Shown: positions 57,485-64,000 of the stretch, piece after piece
Layout of the letters: the number at the start of each line of letters is the position of its first letter
How positions within the stretch are numbered: the stretch's first letter is position 1
Assembly (NCBI GenBank): GCA_963628435.1
Contig: CAVGEY010000002.1
Coordinates: forward strand, 73,878-137,877
Reading direction: 5' to 3'
Source of the DNA: a bacterium
GTDB taxonomy: Bacteria > Bacillota > Clostridia > Oscillospirales > CAG-272
DNA: 64,000 nt
Program-made: the position numbers and the translations under genes
The notes under the pieces: generated by a model
Seen by the model: only the letters and a program-made list of their open reading frames with translations
The model's database searches: none
Told to the model about the DNA's origin: nothing

Positions 57485-59187
57485 ACAAAAAAACCTTTTC
57501 CCGATATTTCGGCATTTTCAAAGGTCTTAAGCTCCCCTGGCTGCTGATTATCGGCTGTTTTGCTTTCTCCGCGCTTACCATGAAGGCCGAACTGCAATCG
57601 GCGACACTGACGGCAGACATCGTGAATGTCGGTCAGAATTCAATAGACGGCAAGGTACTCGCAAATTATATTCTGGTGGTCGCGCTGGCCGCCGTATGCA
57701 ACATTTTCGGCAACTATTTCACATACAAGATGGAAGAGACAATTAACATGCGGGTGCGTGTCAGTCTGTGGACAAAAATCATGCATCTGCCCGTCGGATA
57801 TTATGACGCGGACAACGGCGACGGTCTGGTCAGCCGTGTCACATCGGATGCCGCGGCGCCGTCATCACTCTTTTCAATGGCTGTGTCATTTGTCGTATGT
57901 GTGGTCACAACCGTACAGGCGTTTATACAGCTTTTCGCCTATCATAAAACTCTGGCGATGATTGCGCTGCTGATCATTCCCGTTACTCTGATATTCTGCA
58001 TCTTTTACGGAAAAATCATGTTCCGCATAGGCGTTTACGGCACGGTTACAACCGCAGGCAGCATGGCATATCTTGCCGAGCGGGTGCGCAACTTCCGACT
58101 GATGAAAAGCGCTCTCGCGGAAAAATCGGAGTCCGAAAAAGGCGACAAGACATTTAAGGAAATGTATAAGGCCGATTTTCTGAGCTGGCTTATGGTGGCC
58201 GGTTATCAGCTTATTTCCGGTCTCTTTTCCATTGCGTTTATCGTAATCACATTCGTAGTCGGCGGACAGTTTGTGAAAAGCGGTGCGGTTACAGTCGGCG
58301 ATCTGACCGGATTTTATCTGATTTCGGGAATCGTTACCCTGCAGCTTATGCAGTTTTTCATGAATGTAGGCTCGGTTTCGGGTACATTCGGCACAATGCA
58401 GAAGATCTCACGCATTATGAGTGCCGATTCCGAACCCGACGGCGGAGAACCCGTACCCGATGTTCGGGCCGACATCGTATTTGATAATGTCAGCTTCGGC
58501 TATGACACAGACAAACCCGTACTCAGCGGATTGAATCTGCGTATTCCCGTCGGAAAAGTTACCGCGGTAATCGGCGAAAACGGAGCCGGAAAATCTACGC
58601 TGTTCAAACTGATATCGCGTCTGTATGAGCCGACAAGCGGCAAAATCTACATGGGCGGCACGGATATAAGCCGTTTTCGGCTTTCGGAGTGGCGTAACAG
58701 ATTCTCCTTCGTATTTCAAAGCATGCCGCTTATCGGAGGTACGGTGCGTGAGAATATAACCTACGGTCTCGGACGCGAGGTCGGTGAGGAAGAGCTGATC
58801 TCGGCTGCGAAAGATGCAAACTGCTATGACTGCATCGCCGCAAAACCCAATGGATTTGACGAAGATGTAGGGCTGAACGGCTCCGAATTTTCGGGAGGTC
58901 AGGGACAGTGCATATCTGTTGCCCGTGCCATGCTTCGCAAATCGGACTATCTCCTGCTGGATGAGGCGACAAGCAATCTCGATATGATCAGCGAGGCGCA
59001 TCTTACAGAGGCGCTGGAACGACTGATGAAAGGAAAAACGACCGTAATGATTGCGCATAACTATGCCGCAACGCGAGGCGCGGACCACATTATCGTGATG
59101 AAAGACGGCAAGGTGCAGGCCGAAGGAACACCCGAAGAGCTGCTTCGTACCAACGAATACTACCGTATGTTCTGCAAGACGCTGTAA
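57481..59187 (+). CDS. ABC exporter, fused permease/ATPase (half-transporter B)
   Basis: ATGA overlap with the previous gene. NBD motifs GENGAGKST, FSGGQGQC (degenerate signature), LLLDEATSNLD. Confidence 0.88.
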   Translation: MNKKTFSRYFGIFKGLKLPWLLIIGCFAFSALTMKAELQSATLTADIVNVGQNSIDGKVLANYILVVALAAVCNIFGNYFTYKMEETINMRVRVSLWTKIMHLPVGYYDADNGDGLVSRVTSDAAAPSSLFSMAVSFVVCVVTTVQAFIQLFAYHKTLAMIALLIIPVTLIFCIFYGKIMFRIGVYGTVTTAGSMAYLAERVRNFRLMKSALAEKSESEKGDKTFKEMYKADFLSWLMVAGYQLISGLFSIAFIVITFVVGGQFVKSGAVTVGDLTGFYLISGIVTLQLMQFFMNVGSVSGTFGTMQKISRIMSADSEPDGGEPVPDVRADIVFDNVSFGYDTDKPVLSGLNLRIPVGKVTAVIGENGAGKSTLFKLISRLYEPTSGKIYMGGTDISRFRLSEWRNRFSFVFQSMPLIGGTVRENITYGLGREVGEEELISAAKDANCYDCIAAKPNGFDEDVGLNGSEFSGGQGQCISVARAMLRKSDYLLLDEATSNLDMISEAHLTEALERLMKGKTTVMIAHNYAATRGADHIIVMKDGKVQAEGTPEELLRTNEYYRMFCKTL

Positions 59188-59342
59188 TAAAGCAGGCTAT
59201 ACCCTTCACACATACGGAAAAACACAAAAAAGTGACGGGCAAAATCGCCGGACTCAGTCGGCAGGCATCCCTGCGCACAAACGATTATAACTCATATTCC
59301 GAAAAATACACATCGGCGCAAGGCCGAAACGCCGAAAACGGC

Positions 59343-59414
59343 AAAACAGACAATACATTCGGGCATCCCGGCATAAGTCGGGACTCAGTCCGATTTGTAT
59401 TGTCTGTTTGTTTT
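59343..59414. terminator. Long bidirectional terminator hairpin
   Basis: About 18 bp outer stem AAAACAGACAATACA..CGG / CCG.TTTGTATTGTCTGTTT with T-runs on both strands, between convergent genes. Confidence 0.7.
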
Positions 59415-59460
59415 GTAAGCGAAAATATCGGTCAGGCGATAATGATTCAATACCGCTTTT

Positions 59461-60471
59461 TTACTTAAAATAATCGCAGGTAAAATTATCCCAGGGAATT
59501 TCCGGCAGACTATTCTTTGTTATACGTTCATAAATATGCTGCATAAGCGGATACTCGGAGATTCTGTTTCCCAAATGTCTGCCGAGCAATTCGATAATCG
59601 CAACCGATTCAAGCGTAACTCCCGCAAGAATCTCCTTTGCGGCAGTGAATTCGACACCGGAGCCGAGTATTACTCCAAGACGTCTGGTCCTGCCGCCGAA
59701 TACCGTTACATAAAGATCTCCCACACCGAACATAAGTGCATTATCCTCTCCGCCGAGCAATTTAATTACAGCGTGCATTTCTCGTGCCGCCTCATAAAAC
59801 AGCCCTGCCTGAGCGTTATATTTTTCGGGGAGTGCGGGATCGTTTTTTGTATATGCGCCTATTGCAAGGCTCACTGCCATAGCATAGGCGTTTTTCAGTG
59901 CTACGGCGGTTTCTATTCCCGCTATATCGTCAGTTACGGAAATGTGATAATACTCTGTTTTCAGAGCCGTACGCAGTTCGTTCAGTATACGAGTATCCCT
60001 GCCGCAAAAAGCGACCTCGGTATGTATTCTGTCGGCAAGCTCAAAACTTATGCAGGGACCGCCCACCGCGTTGAACGACACATCCGGTCTGAGCGATGAA
60101 AACCATATCGGAAAAGGAGAAAGCGAACCGTCGGAATTTTCGTGCAGGCCTTTTGTAATCGCAAGCACACGCTGACCGCTTTTAAGATAAGGGATAACAT
60201 TTTCCGCAAACCAATCGACACCGAAGCTTGAAACGCCGCAAATAAGAATATCACATTCGGGAATGTTTCCCCTGATTTCCTCAAATTGCCTGAATGAAAT
60301 GTCGCCCTTAAGCTCACGCTTTAAGGTCTTGTGGTAATTGTTTTCCTTCAGCCCGTTAATTATTTCCGTATCAAGAGGAGTTCCTGCCAATACTACCGTA
60401 TGACCGTTGTCAAGGGCAGGCACCGCCATTGCCGAGCCCATCATACCGGAGCCTATAATTACGATTTTCAT
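59461..60471 (-). CDS. NAD(P)H-dependent glycerol-3-phosphate dehydrogenase (GpsA)-family protein
   Basis: Start MKIVIIGSGMMGSAMA after the GAGGAAAG RBS. ITKGL, GGPCISFELA, ALKNAYAMA, GVGDLYVT...GRTRRLG parallel the GpsA motifs. Confidence 0.65.
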   Translation of the reverse strand: MKIVIIGSGMMGSAMAVPALDNGHTVVLAGTPLDTEIINGLKENNYHKTLKRELKGDISFRQFEEIRGNIPECDILICGVSSFGVDWFAENVIPYLKSGQRVLAITKGLHENSDGSLSPFPIWFSSLRPDVSFNAVGGPCISFELADRIHTEVAFCGRDTRILNELRTALKTEYYHISVTDDIAGIETAVALKNAYAMAVSLAIGAYTKNDPALPEKYNAQAGLFYEAAREMHAVIKLLGGEDNALMFGVGDLYVTVFGGRTRRLGVILGSGVEFTAAKEILAGVTLESVAIIELLGRHLGNRISEYPLMQHIYERITKNSLPEIPWDNFTCDYFK

Positions 60472-60521
60472 TATTGCTTTCCTCGTTTTATTCTGCGTAT
60501 TCCGTGTTTTGATACGATGCT

Positions 60522-61280
60522 CTAAAGTCGGTCTCTCCAATCAATAGCGGATTTCGGTTTGTTCTCGGTAAAAAGGGAGCAGCCGAAAGATACAGCTTCA
60601 AAAAAGGATTTTTCATCTGTATTAGAGCCGGTACACGGTTCTATATTAAGCGCTTTCAGCTCATTGCAGCTCCTTTTTGCATCTTCTCCGGCCGCCCAAT
60701 AGCAGGCATAATCCAGATAAAGCGCCGGATCAAGCTTTACATTTTTCATAATCGAATACGGATAATAGCCGTGAAGAAGATATTTTTTTCCGTAGGTTAT
60801 GTATATGTATTCAAGCACATACGCGTCAAAACAGTTAAACATTATTTGTTTTCCGAGTCCGAATTCCTCGCACATTTTAATCGTTTCGTTTACCGCATAA
60901 GCAACCCGCTCCGGTCCCTCCGCAGCAAGATAAACCTTGATTTCCAGATTAAGCAGAAGGTTCGGTATACCTGCGCAGTATTCAAGGAACTCCCTGAGAG
61001 TAGGCACGTGCGAAGGACGATCCGAAGTTCCCGCATTTAATCTTTTTATTTCATCATAGTTTTTTTCCCGGATAAGACCTTCACCGTCGGTAGTGCGGTC
61101 GACCATATCGTCATGCATAAGGATAAGCACATTGTCTTTTGTCAGATGAATATCGGTTTCAATCATATCAACTCCGCATTCAACGGCGTTCTTAAATGAT
61201 TCCATGGTATTTTCCGGCAAAACAGAGGGGTTTCCCCTGTGACCGGCTATAAGTATTTCATTTTTCGATTCGAATCTCAT
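60522..61280 (-). CDS. Glycerophosphodiester phosphodiesterase family protein
   Basis: IAGHRGNPSVLPENTMESF and ETDIHLTKDNVLILMHD motifs. Confidence 0.85.
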   Translation of the reverse strand: MRFESKNEILIAGHRGNPSVLPENTMESFKNAVECGVDMIETDIHLTKDNVLILMHDDMVDRTTDGEGLIREKNYDEIKRLNAGTSDRPSHVPTLREFLEYCAGIPNLLLNLEIKVYLAAEGPERVAYAVNETIKMCEEFGLGKQIMFNCFDAYVLEYIYITYGKKYLLHGYYPYSIMKNVKLDPALYLDYACYWAAGEDAKRSCNELKALNIEPCTGSNTDEKSFFEAVSFGCSLFTENKPKSAIDWRDRL

Positions 61281-61399
61281 ACAGTAATTCTCCTATAAAA
61301 AGTCAAGCAGTTTTCACTGACTTGCCGTATTTTTAACAATAAAACGATTAACCGTCCGTCTCGGCTCCATACTGCCGCTCCCGCAAAGCCGATTCCGAC

Positions 61400-62539
61400 T
61401 CATATTCTTTTCATAAAATTTTCGGCAGCATATACGGCATAGCGGTCAAGCAGTCCCCTGTCGCGCAGATAGAAAAGGATCGTATACCTGTCCCGCAGGC
61501 CCAAAGCACGTTTGATTGCCCGAACGATCGCGTCATAGTCCGCCGTAACACTCGGCATATCCATCCTGCTGCAAAATTCCTCTATCTTATCAAAATAAGG
61601 CAGATACTTTTCAATAAGCGATTTCAAATGCTCATCTTCGGTCTCGGAATAGAGCAGACGGTACATATCGGCAATTATTCTCGTAGCCTCGCAGACCTCA
61701 AGTCCGTGAAGATTGGGTTTTTCGCCTCTTTCAACACTTTCAAGCTCCCAAACATGCGCAACTATGTGTTCGGAGCCGGAAGCCGGACGGGAATTTCCGG
61801 TAAATGCCATTCCGAGCCCTGTTACCAAAAATCCATCCATAATATTTTTTATGCATTCAGGGCTGCGCGATTTGAGATCATAGCCGTTTTTCAGGCATTT
61901 ATCGGTTGCCTTTATAACATCATCGGCAATCTCGCTGCAAAAATAATCCCCGTTATAATCGCGCGCAAGCTCCCAATCGAGTATTCCGGTATATTTTCCG
62001 AACATATCGCCTATGCCCGAAAGCAGCATATCATACGGCGCGTCCTTCATAATATCTATGTCGGCTATAATGTATTTCGGCGTGGTGCATTTAATTGTCG
62101 CCTTTGTTCCGTCAAACAGAGTCGGCGAACCCGCGGACGCATAGCCGTCCATCGAGGGCGCAGTCCCCGCAATTCCGTAAGGCAGGCCCAGACGGTAAGA
62201 TACCAGTCTGCATATATCGTTAACAACGCCCGAGCCGACGCCCAGAATAAAATCGGGCTGCGGTGAGTACTTGAAAATATCCGAATCCGCCTTCGGATTA
62301 TACAGATGAATAAGCACATCCCCGATATTGCGCGCGTCGGGAAGAACTTCTCCTTTTAAGATGTGCTTGTGTGAAAATTTGCCGGCGGATTTCAATATCT
62401 GTTCGGCCTTTTCACCCAAAACGCGGTATGTGTTTTCATCACATACCATATAAACCCTGCTGTAGCTTTCCAGCAATTCGGGCAAGCGGTTTACGGCACC
62501 GCTTTCTATGATGCACTTTTCAATCGGCGCGCGGTGCAT
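61400..62539 (-). CDS. sn-Glycerol-1-phosphate dehydrogenase-like (AraM/EgsA, Fe-ADH_2) protein
   Basis: GVGSGVVNDICR, GDMFGKYT, PASGSEHIVAHVWE. Length of about 380 aa, typical of the bacterial AraM-type family. Confidence 0.65.
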   Translation of the reverse strand: MHRAPIEKCIIESGAVNRLPELLESYSRVYMVCDENTYRVLGEKAEQILKSAGKFSHKHILKGEVLPDARNIGDVLIHLYNPKADSDIFKYSPQPDFILGVGSGVVNDICRLVSYRLGLPYGIAGTAPSMDGYASAGSPTLFDGTKATIKCTTPKYIIADIDIMKDAPYDMLLSGIGDMFGKYTGILDWELARDYNGDYFCSEIADDVIKATDKCLKNGYDLKSRSPECIKNIMDGFLVTGLGMAFTGNSRPASGSEHIVAHVWELESVERGEKPNLHGLEVCEATRIIADMYRLLYSETEDEHLKSLIEKYLPYFDKIEEFCSRMDMPSVTADYDAIVRAIKRALGLRDRYTILFYLRDRGLLDRYAVYAAENFMKRI

Positions 62540-62546
62540 CCCCTTT

Positions 62547-63305
62547 TCACAGCTGCATTTTCTCTCTATCGTTTTTCTGTTCCTCCATATATTTTTTCAT
62601 TATTTTCGGAAAATCCAAATAATTATCTATCTTTTCAAAGCCGAAATCGGACAAATATACCGATTCGTCATTTCCGCCCTCACCGTAATCATCACCGACA
62701 AAAACGACCTCATCATGGGCGATGCCGAGCTCATTACAGTAAGCGTTTAGCGCATAGTATTTGTTATAAGGCTTAGGTGCCATATCAAAAGAGGAAGATC
62801 CTCCCACAAAAACGGTATATTCGGGAAAAAGCTTTTTTACCTCACCGTAAAAGGCACGGCGCTTTGTTCTGTCCGGATCGAAAGCAAGCTTATCCTTTTG
62901 GTCGGCTTTTGTGCCGAGCAGCGGGAAAGTTATGCAGCCCGATGAATGATATTCAACATTATCGCCCTTAAAATCAGTGTAGCCGTAGCGTTCCCTCAAC
63001 TCGGTTACCCGTCTTTCAACAGAGTCACGGTCTGTCGACACCCTATTGTCCTCAATAATTTCAATATCATTTAAGGTTTTATTGTAGATTGCCGTTTGCA
63101 TACCGTAATTTCCTATAATATCTATCGGGAAATGCCCCATCTGCTCAAAAATTCTGCGGCACATTCCCGCCCCGACCATACAAAGGCGACTCTTTTCGGC
63201 AAGCATTTCAAGTATCGCGCGGTTTTCCGCCGACAACGGTGTTTTGTGCTGCGTCAGTGTCCCGTCCAGATCAAAGGCAAAAAGTTTTGGATTAACGATT
63301 TTCAT
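62547..63305 (-). CDS. HAD-superfamily hydrolase (phosphatase, Cof/IIB-like)
   Basis: Motif I FAFDLDGTLT, motif IV VGDDYGEGGNDESV. Stop lies 7 nt before the next start. Confidence 0.8.
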   Translation of the reverse strand: MKIVNPKLFAFDLDGTLTQHKTPLSAENRAILEMLAEKSRLCMVGAGMCRRIFEQMGHFPIDIIGNYGMQTAIYNKTLNDIEIIEDNRVSTDRDSVERRVTELRERYGYTDFKGDNVEYHSSGCITFPLLGTKADQKDKLAFDPDRTKRRAFYGEVKKLFPEYTVFVGGSSSFDMAPKPYNKYYALNAYCNELGIAHDEVVFVGDDYGEGGNDESVYLSDFGFEKIDNYLDFPKIMKKYMEEQKNDREKMQL

Positions 63306-63455
63306 AATTACTATTGACCGCCTCGCTGTTTTATGATAATATTATACTGCAAATGCACAAATACGCAATATACGGCGTTCAAAATGCAACATAATCACAT
63401 AATACGGTCAAAACGCGCAAATTTATATGATTTTTATGATCGATTGGGAGTTATT

Positions 63456-64000
63456 ATGAAAGAGGAACAAATTGACAGATTGCTCAAAATAATAGGGGAA
63501 AACGGCTTCGCAACTGTGAAATATATCGCACGAACGGTATACGCCAGTGAATCGACCGTTCGCCGTCAGCTGACAACGCTTGAGCGGATGGGGCTTATTG
63601 TCCGCAGCTACGGCGGGGCCGAACTCAGAAAAGACAGCACAAACACCCCTATTGAAATGCGGCTTCAAAAAAATCACAAGCAAAAGGATATCATAGCAAA
63701 AAAGGCTTCGGAGATTATAACCGAAGATTCCACGGTTTTTATAGACGCTTCCTCAACCTGCATGCACATGGCGCCTTATCTTGCCGAAAAAAAGCATATC
63801 ACGGTATACACCTACAGCGCAAGGCTGTGCGATATTTTGGCGGAATACGGCGTTAAGGATGTATACTGTCTCGGCGGACTTTATAAAGCGGCTTCAAAGG
63901 TATTTATCGGGGAATATGCCGTTGATATGGCGCAAAAGGTATTTTACGATTTCTTTTTCTTTTCTTCAAGCGGGTTTTCGGACGGAATTGTCTCCGATTA
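63456..64000 (+). CDS. DeoR/GlpR-family transcriptional regulator (C-terminus runs off the window)
   Basis: HTH region (IGENGFATVKYIARTVYASESTVRRQLTTLERMGLIVRSYGGA) plus a sugar-phosphate-binding domain. Divergent from the glycerol-phosphate cluster. Confidence 0.85.
   Translation, partial: MKEEQIDRLLKIIGENGFATVKYIARTVYASESTVRRQLTTLERMGLIVRSYGGAELRKDSTNTPIEMRLQKNHKQKDIIAKKASEIITEDSTVFIDASSTCMHMAPYLAEKKHITVYTYSARLCDILAEYGVKDVYCLGGLYKAASKVFIGEYAVDMAQKVFYDFFFFSSSGFSDGIVSD

Noticed and set aside
1-64000. Search for CRISPR arrays, rRNA, IS elements or transposases, integrases, prophage genes, restriction-modification or other known defence modules.
   Set aside because: None was seen. The only tandem repeat is the coding 18-bp x3 unit in mscL. 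The only AAA+ ATPase is ComM/YifB.

Overview
This 64-kb window reads as ordinary chromosome from a low-GC-type Gram-positive bacterium. A gut Oscillospiraceae/Ruminococcaceae-like Clostridia is my guess, inferred from gene content, AGGAG-type RBSs, TTGACA/TATAAT promoters and tRNAs with encoded CCA. I found no integrase, transposase, CRISPR array, rRNA or recognisable defence system.

Content, left to right:
- truncated GH43 lipoprotein
- guanine-class purine riboswitch, then xpt and a BMP-type nucleoside ABC importer
- SDR oxidoreductase and a small surface protein
- ireB, ribF, and a PBP5/DacB-like protein whose three catalytic motifs are all degenerate
- GH35 beta-galactosidase, rsgA, a methyltransferase, a Gfo/Idh/MocA oxidoreductase, a tandem-DUF1294 protein, trpS
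- two unknown proteins, pfkA, comM/yifB
- GH4 glycosidase, AraC regulator, GDPD, typA
- GH109-like plus GH172 (DUF2961) pair
- tRNA-Thr and tRNA-Tyr, mtaB, alr
- a visibly AT-richer three-gene island (secreted protein, Cys/His-motif domain, lipoprotein)
- SGNH hydrolase, metG, Lrp, YgjV, a sigma-70 family factor, a second SGNH hydrolase, an xPQTG-anchored surface protein
- CapA, a SUFU-like protein, a P-type Ca-ATPase, an aminotransferase, mscL
- a DtxR / truncated trigger-factor-like / thioredoxin-like / lipoprotein / heterodimeric ABC exporter block
- a DeoR-flanked cluster pairing an AraM-like sn-glycerol-1-phosphate dehydrogenase with a GpsA-like G3P dehydrogenase, a GDPD and a HAD phosphatase

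The most second-look-worthy items are:
- the glycerol-phosphate cluster
- the AT-rich island with its split secreted gene
- two unassigned, structure-prone spacers between convergent genes (23.9-24.1 kb and 29.5-29.8 kb)
- the catalytically dead PBP5-like protein

None of these is proven novel from sequence alone. All functional calls rest on motif recognition by eye, because no searches could be run.
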